Under the pieces are notes generated by a model that did not search any database, had not been told where the DNA came from, and worked only from the letters and a program-made list of their open reading frames with translations. This document shows, piece after piece, positions 34,702 through 46,821 of a DNA stretch of 64,000 bases. Every line of letters starts with the position of its first letter. Position 1 is the stretch's first letter. Origin of the DNA: Lama glama (Eukaryota); assembly GCA_028534125.1 (NCBI GenBank), contig CM052849.1, positions 18,786,001 to 18,850,000 of the forward strand, read 5' to 3'. The position numbers and the translations under genes were made by a program.

Positions 34702-35299
34702 AGTACCTCTCTCCTTAATTGGTGTTTTGGTTTCTGTTTTGGCTTCCCGTGGGAGACTTTGATTTGGCCCCTGGCTCTCTCACCTCCTGATTTGGCAGTC
34801 TTCCCACCCCGTCCACTTGGTCCATCCACACCTCGAGCCATCATCTCACCGAGGCCTCCCCACATCCAGGGAGAACGGCTGTGGCTGTTTCCAGCCTCTG
34901 AGGCTCCCGCTGGGAGAGCGAGGGCCACCCCTCCCAGGAAGCATCACGCTGCATGGCTCCGAGCTTTCCTGGATGGGAGGATGGTCAGGGGCAACGCAGA
35001 GGGAAGCCCAGCTTTGCAGAGCCCCGCTCCCACCCCCCCCCCCCGTCTGTCTTCTACACACGTGAGGGCAGAGTCAGGAGATAGAGGGTTTAAGAAGGAC
35101 CTGTGCTGAAAACACACATGCCGCCCTGGATAGTGTTTTCCCTGCGCAGAAGGAGGGCAATTTCCCCCGGATCCTTAGTGAAGAAAGAACTTATCTCCCC
35201 CCAAGTGTCCTTAACCTTTGGCTACCGCCTGACCTGACACCTGACGGCCCCACGTAAGATGTTCTAGCCTGGCCTCGACTCCTCCAGAAACATCTGTGG

Positions 35300-35742
35300 T
35301 CTGATGACACGCGCTCCGCAGGCTGCTGTGACACATCACCTCCGTCGGGGCGGCTTCCGACAGCATCAATTTATTTCTTCTGGTGCTGGGGGCTGGATGT
35401 TTGCAATCAAGACATTGGGAGGCCATGCTCCCTCAGAAGGTTCTAGAAAAGAATCCTTCCTGTTTCTTCCAGCTTCTGGTGGCCCTGGTGTTCCTTGGTT
35501 TGTGGCCATATCCGACTTCAGTATCTGCCTCCATCGTCACATGATCCCCCGTCCCCAGGTCCGTATCTCTGTGTGTCTTCTCTTCCTATAAGGACACCGG
35601 TTACTGTCTCGGTGACCCACCTGGATCCAGCATGACCTCGTGTTTACTCATCGCACCTGCAAAGACCCTATTTCCAAACAAGGTCGCATTCTGACGTTAC
35701 CGGTGACACGAATCTTTTGGCGGACACTGTTCAATTCAGGAC
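35300..35742 (-). mobile_element. MaLR solo LTR (MLT1C-like)
   Basis: ggccatgctccctcagaaggttctag...cttccagcttctggtggc...ctataaggacacc...ctgcaaagaccctatttccaaacaaggtcgcattctg. Confidence 0.9.
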
Positions 35743-37313
35743 ACTGACTACGTAATGCAGAGTCACAGGACGCAGCCCCAGAGGAAGGCTGCGGTAGGAT
35801 TTCCAGCGCGACATCCTTCAGACAAAAGGCATTCCAGAAGCTTTTGTGAAATACCTTTAAAGGATTCATTGAAAGTAATTTAAACGTATTTATCTAAACT
35901 CTGCCTGAGTCTATTTCTAATTTTAGCGACACCGATTAAAGACAACGAGCTCCATGTAATCACTACGCCCAGGGGAAAGCCATTCTTCCCCTTTATCTTC
36001 GTTCCCTGGGAAAGGCAATAAAATACTTCCTTAATATTCCCATAGAATTTTCTTCCCTCCTCCCTCCCTCCCTCCTTTCTTCCTCTGTGCTTTTCTACTT
36101 TCTTCTTTGCTTTGTTTAAGCAACCAAACAACAGGTAACATTTCCCCACCAGATGGAACTTCGGTCTTCACAGCTTCCTCACCCCTGTTCTTTGTTCCCC
36201 TTGGGTTGTGCAAACAAACGATTTCTTTCAAGTTGATATTTTGCCTATTTGGAAGTAAAGCGTGGGACATATTTTTTCTACGTGTCAAAAATATCACTTT
36301 AAACATCTAGGGGGCTGAGAGGAAATATCCCTTGGTGTGAATAACTAATCACGTCTTAAAAGAACCTCATCTAATTTGTGGAATCAGTTCTGAATCCTAA
36401 ACGTGGCACGCCCTTGTGTGTGAAAACACATTTTTTTGTTTTTTTGTAAATGTAAAGTTGTTTTCTCTTTTTCCTTGTAGCTTTTTTGACCTCATCACAT
36501 GATGTGCTGAAGGGCTAGCTGTTTATGGGAGATTTTATCCAAGAACACAATTTTCCATCCTGGTGCTCTGTATCCAGTTGATGCTGCTACTCTTTTGAGG
36601 TTTCTTAAGGGGGACATTTTGATTTGCATGGGTTCCTCTGAGACCCCGGTCACCCCTCTTCATAACAGACATGGATTTACGGGACGTGTGTTCGATGCCG
36701 CAGCAGATGGGGGCTCAGAGATGAGCAGGATCCAGCCTGGTCCTCACCCCATAGTTAGGGTGTGCGGGAGACTGTGCTGGGAGAAGCAGGCCCACAAAGG
36801 CCTCCCGACAGCGCAGAGTGCAGGCTGGAGGCGCAGGTTAGTACAAGGGAAGGGGAGGGAGGCTGGGGTGGGCGGGAACTCCAGGGAGCGGGGTAGGATG
36901 GGCAGTAAGGAGCACCCTCAGTGCTGAGGGCGGGAGCCTGTGCTGCTAGGACACAGTGTGACACAGAAGCGGATCTAAGGAGGTCTGTGTGCCACTCCCA
37001 CCTCAACGTCCAGGTCTGCCATTGTCTCGACGCCAAATGAAGCCACAGGGTGACGGGCGCGTGTCCCTTCTCTATATTTCCTGTAAAATCTTCAATCATT
37101 TCAGAATTCAAAATTAAACAGTAGAAATGAAATGACTGAAATCTCAAGACCCTGGTTGACCTTAGGGACTCGCTTATAACCAGTAGTCTTAAGCCCTTAC
37201 GATTTAGTACTTGAGACTCCAACTCATTCTTAAACTTCCGCTCAGTGGAATGAGTTCATTTCATCATTATTTCCAATCTTGACTTTGAGAATATAGGTGT
37301 ACGGGGTGGGGCA

Positions 37314-37407
37314 GGGGGAGGGTGGAGCTCAGTGGTAGAGCTCACGCTTAGCGTGCACGCGGTCCTGGGTCCCAACCCCAGTATCTCCGTTAAAAAAATA
37401 AAAAAAA
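37314..37407 (+). mobile_element. tRNA-derived SINE (Vic-1-like, short form) with TSD
   Basis: agctcagtggtagagc...ggtcctgggtcccaaccccagtatctcc + A tail; TSD gaatataggtgtac (37289-37302) / gaatatagctgtgc (37409-37422). Confidence 0.9.
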
Positions 37408-38419
37408 GGAATATAGCTGTGCAGTTAGTAGCAGAAATGAAATGTCTGCATACAATCACCCACTACTTATTAAAACAAGTAAGACATTATACACATTCTC
37501 CCTTTTGTGTCAACTTTTCTCTGCTGAATAGCAGTTCAAAAAACCACAAGTGCTGTCATTGCCATTTTTATTTTGTTTCGGCTAAAGGTGATCACAACTG
37601 GGTCAGTGGAAGCTGTGGAGATGTTTTAAAAAGCTCCGCGAATCTTCGGACACCCCTCCCACCACGAGGTGGTGCCGCCACGGAGGAATAACAAGTGAGG
37701 GTTTGAAAGGAGGACCCTGGAGGTCTTCGTGAGAGCGTGGGGAGGTGGGGGTGGGCGGACGAAGCCCCAGACGCACCTGCCTTTGGGAACACGCCCGGCA
37801 TGCAAGCAGCCGGTAAGCTAAGCGTGGGAGAAACGGCAAGTCCGCGTGGAGGTCATGCCAGTATCGGAAGGCACACTGGCCTTGCCGAGGCAGGAGGAAC
37901 ATGGCAAGAGTTCAGAACAGAAGAAACAAGTCAACAGATCGGCTGAATCCGGTCAGGGGTGAAGAAACCTGGAAGGCAGGGTTCAGACTCAAGTTGGAAT
38001 TCGCTAACAGATGAACGGGGTTGTCCGGATGGGAAGAACCGCCACCTGGCTGTTTGGAGGCTCCAGATCAGCTGTTCTGGTCAAAAAAATTTTTTGTCCA
38101 CAAGCAATATCGGCCCACTGAGAAGAACATACTAATTATTAGGAGATAAAACTCAATTTGTTTAGGTCCGTAACCTCAATTTGCTGGAAAGGGTAAAATT
38201 ATTTCCTTAGTGAGTCTAAAATCCAGAAAAGTTAATAATGAAAAAAGGGATGCTGAAGTAATTCAGGCCTGTTTATTAATATTTTTGTGTTAAGCTTAAA
38301 TATTGTTGGAGAATATTTTGTATGTAAAGTGCTTATAATATTAAAGATAATTTGTCACATTAGTTAAGAGATTAGACTTGTGATTCCAGCTAATACAGAG
38401 AATTTACCAATTAATTTTT

Positions 38420-38530
38420 AAAAAGTTTTTCTGTTTTCTGTGTTTTAATAGAGGCACTGGGGACTGAACCCAGGACCTCTTGCATGCTAAACATGCGCTC
38501 TGCCACTGAGCTACACTCACCACCTCCCCA
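38420..38530 (-). mobile_element. tRNA-derived SINE (Vic-1-like, short form) with TSD
   Basis: gaggcactggggactgaacccaggacc...ccactgagctaca; caattaatttt on both flanks (38408-38418, 38532-38542). Confidence 0.9.
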
Positions 38531-39000
38531 GCAATTAATTTTAGTTTGCAATTTAAAGTTGACAAGTGTACAACAATTTACCTAAGTATAAAGAAGATTG
38601 GAATGTTTGAGAGAACTTGAAAGTCCTCTGTACGTTTATTTATTAGAGTTGCTGGGGCTGTTAAAGTATTTAAGAGAGCCTTCCATGCTAATGAGGCATA
38701 TACATTGCTTAAAAAGAAGCCAGATATGTTAAATTTATTAATGTATTTCGAAACATTTAAAGGAATTTAATTTACTAACGTATTAAAACTTTCTCCTAAA
38801 AGGTTATAAAATAACAGTTTTATAAATAGAATCTTAAAAATGTTCAGTTGAACTTCAAGGCTTTCGTAAAATCATTTTGGCAATTGTTTAGCAAATAGAA
38901 TATTGAAAAGAACAAAAACAAAACAAGTAGCTGCGAATAGCATTTTCTCTGCTTGGAAACAGCTTTAAGGCATCAAGAACCCAGAGGACTGAGCAGTCAT

Positions 39001-39087
39001 GGGGCGGGGGTGTGGACGGCGTGTGGGCGGGGATGGGGGTGGGTAGTGGGGTGTGAGTTGGGTGTGGGTGTGGGTGGGGTGGGCAGG
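39001..39087 (+). repeat. G-run-rich low-complexity tract (potential G-quadruplex)
   Basis: More than ten GGG+ runs with short loops, e.g. gggtgtgggtgtgggtggggtggg. Confidence 0.75.
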
Positions 39088-40181
39088 ACTGTTTAGGTAG
39101 GGGCAGGATTGATGAGTCAGACTCCATCAGTTGGAACCGGCACGAAAAAGTAAATTAAAGTTGCCGAGAGCAGCCTAGGGAGCTTTTTAGAACACGGTTC
39201 TGAGGGTAAAGACTGTAGAACACAGTATGACCTGGAGTGAATGACGTTTGGGTGACGTGCATCCACACACTGTCACTGTGTTCTTGGCAAAGTTAAGAGA
39301 GGAGGGCATGTCTGAAATGCATCCGAAAGGGGGCTCTGGTGGGCCAGGCGTCAGGATGACGGAATTCTGAGAAGGGAAACCATAGCAGGACTGGGGCCTC
39401 AGGCGGTCCTACCATGATGATGGGAAGCAAGGTGTGTGGCCGCCTGAACCCCCGTCATTCCTGATCAAAGAACGAAACAGAAAGGCTCAGGAAACGAACA
39501 GACACGTCCCAGGACGAGCGATTTTACTCTGAGCCTACGAACCCAGGACCTTAGATGCAGCTCTCCCATCGCAAGTGGCAGGCTGGTCGGTGTGAAGCTT
39601 CTCAGAATCGTCCAGTCCGAAAGAGGCTGATGAAATTCCCGGGTGATGGCGACTCTCAACGTGACTCTTCTTTTTCTTTTTCTGCTAGTCCTGCTGTCTG
39701 ATAAACACTGAGCCACCGTGAGAATTACAAGAAGGAGGTTTTATTTCCAGATCTGCAGCGGTGGGTTAGATTTTCTCTTTTAAAAACGTTACTGCTTTTT
39801 CCCCAGTAAGGTCTAGCTCCGCCCTCGTTAACTTAAGCAATGAATTATTTGATCCTTGGTTCCCCTGTTTGTTCAAACCATTAAGGAATGTTAGGGCCTG
39901 ATGAGACTGAGGTCCTACAGGAGTGCCTTTCATTTTGAAATTCTGACAGTTCTACCTTCTCCCCAGGGCGCGCTGCAAGGCAGCAGATAGGGGAAACTTC
40001 CCGGGCCTCCAAAGTGCGACGTGGCCACACTTGGCTTTCTGGCCGTGTGGTGGTCCAGCCCTGATGGAAGACACTCGGTCGGCGGAAGGGGAGCCTAATA
40101 ACTACGGGCTGGGAGGGAAGAAATCACGAGCTCAAGACCTTCAGTTTGGGGATGTGAAAGGGACAGTATTTTCATCAAACT

Positions 40182-40454
40182 CCCTTCACTTTCCCANNNN
40201 NNNNNNNNNNNNNNNNNNNNNNNNNNNNNNNNNNNNNNNNNNNNNNNNNNNNNNNNNNNNNNNNNNNNNNNNNNNNNNNNNNNNNNNNNNNNNNNNNNNN
40301 NNNNNNNNNNNNNNNNNNNNNNNNNNNNNNNNNNNNNNNNNNNNNNNNNNNNNNNNNNNNNNNNNNNNTTCCCAGCCTCCCTTGAGGTTAGACTACATTT
40401 CCCAGCCTCCCTTGGGGCTAGACCACATTCCCCAGGCTCCTTTGCGGTGAGGCC
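40182..40454 (+). repeat. 30-bp minisatellite spanning an assembly gap (derived from an MLT1H/I-like LTR segment)
   Basis: Units such as gactacatttcccagcctcccttggggcta at period 30 (40369-40450); matching ttccca immediately left of the gap. Confidence 0.8.
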
Positions 40455-40762
40455 CTATTTCAATGTTCCAGGGATTCTCAATGTTCTGCATTAAGTCATA
40501 AACCCCCCAGGCACAGCAGCTCAGGGGGCCTCCTCCTTCTGTGGATGCCAGAGTCCCAGGACTGTAAATTGCTCCTGGAGCCACTTTCCATCATTCCTGA
40601 CGCAAACAGAAACCTGAGCCGTGGACTAGGGACAGCTGTTTGGCACCAAGCCTCATGGAACAGGGATTCCGTGGGTGTTTTCCGCTTTTTCACCTGAAGC
40701 CCATTCTCCTGGTGGAAGCACGGGGTGGGAGCCGCTCACACGGGGCGGGAGGGACTGACATC

Positions 40763-41240
40763 TGTGATCGAAAAATACTGCAAGCCGTATCAGTACACAA
40801 AGAGTGCTGAAGCCGTCAAGTCCTCAGCGGCTGCCGCCACCCCCCAGCGAGGACAGGCCTGCAGCCCGGCCTCTGCAGCCACTCCCAGTGGCGCCCTCTG
40901 AGGGGGCTCAGAACAAGACAGGGCAGGACACTGGCCCTCGATAGCTGGGTGCTTGTCAAAGGAATGACTTCAATGAGCCCAAATGCTTGCTCCCTCCCAT
41001 ACACAGAAAAGCGGTGAATTCTTTAACTCGAGGTGCCTGGTTTTCTTTAGATAACAAGCCATTTTTCATTGTTCCAACTACCTGGTCTTTGTTGCAAAGC
41101 TCCCATATATCCTAGCTCCTCCCCCACCTCTTTGGAGCAGTCCCTCAGAGAGATTTGAGAGGCTGTCATCCCGCTCGACTCCTCCCATCAAATAAAACAT
41201 AACTGTCACCTTTCAGGCTGTGCACTCATTTCAGTCGGCA
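40763..41240 (+). mobile_element. Complete ERV1 solo LTR (MER41-like) with 4-bp TSD
   Basis: TG...CA termini (tgtgatcg...tcagtcggca), aataaa near 41190, TSD catc at 40759-40762 and 41241-41244. Confidence 0.9.
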
Positions 41241-42124
41241 CATCTCACCATGCAGGCTGCCACCCGCTTCTCAGCACTGTTGCCGGAACAGGCTTCCGCG
41301 AGGACCAGGGCCCCCAAGCAGGGCCGTGTGGGGTTTGGAACGCCCTGTCCCCCGGGCCCCGCGCCCCATCCCCGACTCCTCCGCAAACCTGCAGACAGTG
41401 ACGAACAGCCTGGGAAAGGGTGTGAGAGGCCCATCTGTCCTGGGGAACTTGAACTGTGCCCAAGTTAATGGCCTAGAAGTGATGCCCTCAACTGGGAAAA
41501 TGCACGGCCGTTCGGAGCGCCCTTTCCCAGGGAGCAAAACATTTCCAGTTAAAATATTTCAACCTCAACTGCTGTAGTTCAGACTCCTAAGTCAGTTCTT
41601 TAAAAAAAGAGCAACTTCTTCATAAAATAAATCAATTTCGAGCAGATTTTTCATGCTGTGTAGGTGCGCCCACGCATACATGTGTGTTTGCTTTTAAAGT
41701 GTATATATTGAAAGAGTCATTTTTATTGGGAATACAATTTTAGAACCAAACCCCCACATCATGGCTTTGGTTTCAGTGATTTTGCGGTGAGGAGTCCAGA
41801 ACGAGGCTGGTCCCCTAACCTCCAAACATTTCAGTCATCTTCCACATCCGTGTCTTCAAGTGGAGACTGGCCGTCCTTGCCCCCTTCAGGCTGCCCGGCC
41901 GGTCACCTGCCCTCTGCATCCATCCTGGAACACTCTTGCCAGCCAACGTCCCCTTGTGAGGCAGGCACGTGGGTGAGCGTCACCACCGAAGTTGAATATC
42001 TTGAGCTTAAGAAAGGTGCTGCTCCTGGCGGGTTCTCCCTCCACGTGCACCTGGGGGAGATGTGGGTCTTTCCTAGCAGAGATTCAGCACTATGCCTGTG
42101 CCTGGCGTGGAGGGCGCCCTGTGC

Positions 42125-42370
42125 ATACATGTGTATAAACACAGAATAATATTGCCACCATATTATATACTGGTACTAAATATACATCGCTATATATTAT
42201 ATATATGTATGTATATACACAAAATAATATTGCTGCTATATTATACATCAGTGTTATATATCGCTATATATAATATACATACATATGTAATGCATATACC
42301 TATATACACACCTATATGTATATGTATATACACATATATACACACAATGAGTATATATATAGAGAGAGCG
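42125..42370 (+). repeat. (TA/CA)-rich low-complexity region containing a ~78-bp imperfect duplication
   Basis: acacagaataatattgccaccatattata (42139) and acacaaaataatattgctgctatattata (42217), each followed by atcgctatata. Confidence 0.8.
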
Positions 42371-43259
42371 AGCAATCATTATAATTCCTGTAATGCTGCT
42401 TCATTTCTTCACTTGGTGGGTAAAATGACTATTACAAAGTAAATGGAATGCAATTCTTTAATAACAGAATAAATAATGAGCAGCTCTATGATTACATTTT
42501 CAGAGCAAAAGTTTCTGTAGTGAGTAAAATACATTTTTCTGTTTGAAATAAGAAATGTTTTCTCCAATCAAATTTGGGAACCAGCAACCGATTTGTTAAC
42601 AGGGTCTAAGCCAGGTGACACCCTTGGCAGCCAACGACGACCCTTGGCTAGTGTTTATTCAAGTCACTGAAGAAATGTGAAATTAAGTGGGTCTTACTGA
42701 ATGCGCATTGTGATTAAAACCAAAGCCTGCCTTTTAGTCCTGTATGATTTACTGACACCCAGGCACCACTGGATTGTTGTAAATTAAAGATTAGTGTGTA
42801 TGTTTTTGGTTTGGCTCAAAGTCCACGGTGACAGTGAATGGATGTATTTGACAGAGGCACGGGGAAGCGGTGGGGAAATCGTATCAGCCTAACCCAAGTG
42901 GAACAGAGGAAGGCGGTTGTTAAACGGATACGATTCTAGCAGAAGTGTTGATCTGGGTGCGGAGGGCTACCGAGGACACGCACGGAAGACTCTCATGACA
43001 CCACACATCCACGGGGAGTGGCTCATCGCCCCACCGACACACCAGAACTGGAGCCTCAGGACACAGGGGCCCGTTTGGCAGGACTGAGGGTTACCTGACC
43101 TCCGGGAGCCCAAGGGAGCAGAGGCAGCATAGCCCACTTCCCGCCTGCCCTTGGGCCAGTGGGGGACCTGCTGCAGAACAGCTAAGCTGCAGGGCACGGT
43201 GCCCGCCGGCTGGGGAGGGGGCGCTGTCAGTCCCAGGAAGGGCTGTCGGGTGGGGCAGG

Positions 43260-43385
43260 TGGCCCCAGTGCGGTCAGTTTCTTCAATTTCAAGAGGATGC
43301 TGAAATTTGGATTTTTAGATGAAAATTTCCAATTTTTAGATTTCGGCAGGCAATCTAAGACATTTAAAAAATAACAGTAAGTGCA
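43260..43385. mobile_element. hAT-family DNA transposon fragment
   Basis: tttcaagaggatgctgaaatttggatttttagatgaaaatttccaatttttag resembles a remembered Charlie/MER internal motif. Confidence 0.55.
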
Positions 43386-43673
43386 GTGAGCTAAGAGAAC
43401 AAGGCAAAAGTTCTGTTTTTTTTTTCCTTAAGGTTTGACATCTGTGCTTGCAGACTGAGGAGGCTGGGGACAGAGGATGGCACGTTTATCCTTGTTCTAG
43501 AAAGTTCTATGCTTTGATAGCAATTGTAATTGGAGGATCTGTGTTTGCCTCAGATAAACTGTGGGTTCTCTTTTATGAACAGGTTTTTGTATCCGAGCTT
43601 GACCCTGAGGCTGTCTTTTCTTCTGTGCCAGTAAATTAAGTGGGTGCCAAACATCAGTGATGTAGGTAGTAGG

Positions 43674-44085
43674 TGTGTCAGTCAGGGTCTCCACCAGGAC
43701 ACACCAGTGAGGAAGACAGGAGGGAGGTACAGTTCCAGAGGGACTAATGCCAACCGTCCGGGCACAGGGAGATGCTTGGGACAAGGCAGGGATTTGCAGC
43801 GAACACCAGCATCACTGAGACCATCTATGGCCCCAGAGGGTGAAGGACAGGAGAGTCACCATAAACTGGAAAAGAGTCGTATGAAGCAGGCTGCCGTCAG
43901 AGGAGCAGCTGTCACTGCCATGACAGAGCCAGCCTGAGATGACCTCACTGGTCGTGCTCCCCCTTCTTCCCGGTCTCTTGCTGGGGCTTGCGACCAAACC
44001 CAGCTGATACTGAGGGACCACGCAGGTCAGATCTCCCCGGGCAGAGTGCAGAGAGATGGAGGCTGGAGCTGGGGGCCCAACAGCT
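43674..44085 (-). mobile_element. ERVL LTR (LTR33-like)
   Basis: tgtgtcagtcagggtctcc start...cttcccggtctcttgctggggctt...aaacccagctg...aggtcagatctccccgggcagagtgcag. Confidence 0.65.
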
Positions 44086-45064
44086 CTGAGGATAACCTTG
44101 ATGAAAATCAAGCTTCCAAAAGCCAACTGCTGTTCATCTCTAGCTGGATGAAGGCTCGAGGCTGGAAGTTGCTGTCATCTCGTGAACAGGGAGATTCATG
44201 GGTTTAAAGTGCGACACATGAGCCCTTCACTGATCTCAGTATGATCCGAGAGACTCGAATGAAACAGCAGCAGCATGCTCACCGTGTGCTCCGGGTCGTA
44301 TGTGAGCATCCTGGGAAGATCCGCGTCTTCCTGCCACCCCCTGGGAGGGGGAAAGGCCGGACTCAAGGATGCCAAGTCCCCATCAGACTCCGGGGCACCC
44401 ACGCTGCCTGGGGCATTGGCTTGACCACAGCTCTGCATGGGTGGGCTAATAACTCTACGCTAAACTGTTTCTCGTTTCACAAGCGGTCTGTTCCATTTCA
44501 GAAGAATGAGATATTTTACCTGAAAGCCATTCTGCCCTCGAGTCATGAACGAACCAGATGTGTGTTATGTTTTTCAGAGAACACTATTTCAGACAAATAT
44601 GCGTTATTCTCCAGTATATTTATGGGCCTTTTGGTCTGCATAGCTCTTCAGGTTAAAACCATTACCATTGATAACCAGTTTTAGGCATTTTACTTCGTCT
44701 TAGGGACAGCCCATGTACCACGGCTGCAGGAGGAGGAGCAGCTAACTAGGTTACGGCTGATCAAATCTATGATGAACTGACTTTTATTTTACTTATAAAT
44801 TCATCCCACAAATATTTATTGGATACATATTTAATATATGCTATTGCTCTACCAAGATTTATTTTTTAAAGAACCCATTCATGCATGTATTATAATTAAT
44901 TAAGTATCCAAGATAATACCTTCACAGTGACGTACAGATTATTTAATAATGATGAGCTCTCTGAAGTTTATTGGACATTATATTGATAAGGGCCACATAG
45001 CACGTGATTTACAAATGATAAAATGTATCATATCCTTTATTAGATACTCCCCATTGCCAATTGA

Positions 45065-45530
45065 TTTTTTGTTTGTTTGTTTATTAAGACTTTATTTTTT
45101 TTTGAGCAGTTTTGGGTCCACAACAAAGCTGGCGGGAAGGGACAGAGATTGCCACACGCCCCCGCCCCCCCCCGTGCACAGCCTCCCGCACTGCCGACAC
45201 CCCCCAGGGGGCGCGTTTGTTACAACCGACATCAGCACCAGCCAAAGGGCGCCGTCTACGTGAGGGTTCTCGCCGGGGGCCGCGCGTTCTGTGGGTTTGG
45301 ACAAATGTCTGATGCCATGTAGCCGCCACCATGGCCTCATGGAGACGACTTCACTGCCCTGAAACTCCTCCGCGCGCCACTGGTTCATGCCTCCCCTCCC
45401 CCAGCCCCTGGCCACCACTCGCCTTTCTCTCCGCGGGCATCGCTGTGCCTTTTCCAGAATGTCATGCAGTGGGAATCAAACAATATGTGGCCTTTCCAGA
45501 GAGGCTTCTTTCATTTTGTGATACGGATGC
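45065..45530 (-). mobile_element. Old L1 3' UTR (L1MC1-like), strongly GC-shifted
   Basis: agactttatttttttttgagcagttttgggtccaca...ttctgtgggtttggacaaatgt...gccttttccagaatgtcat; colinear with the 29168 copy. Confidence 0.88.
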
Positions 45531-45874
45531 AAGTTCAGGCAGCTGCGTAAGGCGCAAGAGCGCCGCCCCGCCTGCCCTTCCAGGGGCTCGACGCGCGATC
45601 CCCTAACCTTGCGAGCACACATCTGGTGTTGCGTGTCAGGGGCCGGGAGAGCGGAGCGTTCCCAGTGCGAGGATCTGGTGTCATGAGGGCTGGTGCAGTC
45701 CCAGATCCACCACGTACAAGGTAGTCACTTAGAGGCCTTGGGCCTCAGTGTCACACGCACTTCACACACCCCGCACAGATTATTTTTGTGCAGAGATCAC
45801 GCCCGCCTTGCGCTTAGCACCAGGCCTGGCCGCGGGCAGCGCTGGAGGCTCGAGAAACGTCGGCAGTGATGACT

Positions 45875-46230
45875 CCTGCAGGTCGGGCTCCGGGGAAAGT
45901 CTCTCAGGTGACGTTTAGCGTGGAGCTGCTTATTAAACGGTGCCCTTGGGACCATCTCCCGTGGGAGGGTAGAAAGAATGAAGGACGGAGCAGGGGGAGA
46001 TGCTGGTCACCCGGCAGGCCCAGAGATAGCCTTCATGGACCCCTCCCATCACCTCTGGGGCGGGATGGTTCAGCAGAGCTGTCCCCAGTGCGAGGGAGAG
46101 GGCCAGGCTTGCAGACCCCTGTGTGGACCAGCCACAAGACGTGGGGAAGGAAGGGCCTGGCCTTAGGAAAAGCAACTCAACAGGCTGTCTTTGCAGGGGC
46201 TGCCGGCTGAAGACCCTTAGCTGGGGGCGC
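45875..46230 (-). mobile_element. ERVL LTR (LTR16-like)
   Basis: caggtcgggctcc...cttattaaacggtgcccttggga...cagagctgtcccc...gggccaggcttgcagacccc resembles remembered LTR16. Confidence 0.55.
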
Positions 46231-46821
46231 TCCTAGCAGGGGATCAGGGCAGGACACAGACGCCCTGAGCACAGTGTGGGCGATGATGGCGATAAACGGT
46301 CTGAAAGAGAAGGACGCGAAACTGCCCCTTTAGGAGTTCGGGTGATGGGTCAGAAGGAAACCGCTTTCCTCCAGGCTCTGGAGCCGCTCTGCCTGTCATG
46401 TTCCCCTTCTGCACCCCCTCCCTCACCTGCTGGCTGTAGATTTGGCTCCGGTCTATTTTAGGATGTGTTTCCAACCAGTGAGACCAGTTTCAGCTTCTGC
46501 ACAATTTCTTTAAGTGCCACCTGCCCCCGGCTGTGTAATGGGCTCAGGTAATTACAGCTGACACTGCCGTCGGCTTTGAGTCTGAAACACGTGGGGGATG
46601 AGGCTTCCAAAGAGCCTGGTTGATGTTTATCTTCTAGTTTATCTCATCAGGGGCTTCTTATCCTCCACCACCACTTCTTGCAAGCGAGCTGTGAGCCGCG
46701 CTTCCTAACTAAGAGGAAAGCCGGCTGGGCAGCGATAGCAACGTTGCTTCCCGTCCCCAGAAAGAGGCCTATGAAAAGCTCGAGTCTGGGTGGTGATGGG
46801 CGAGATCAAGAGCCCGGTGCC

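Noticed and set aside
40369-40450. 30-bp repeats superficially resembling a CRISPR array
   Set aside because: Head-to-tail units without unique spacers, mammalian context and no cas genes; this is a minisatellite.
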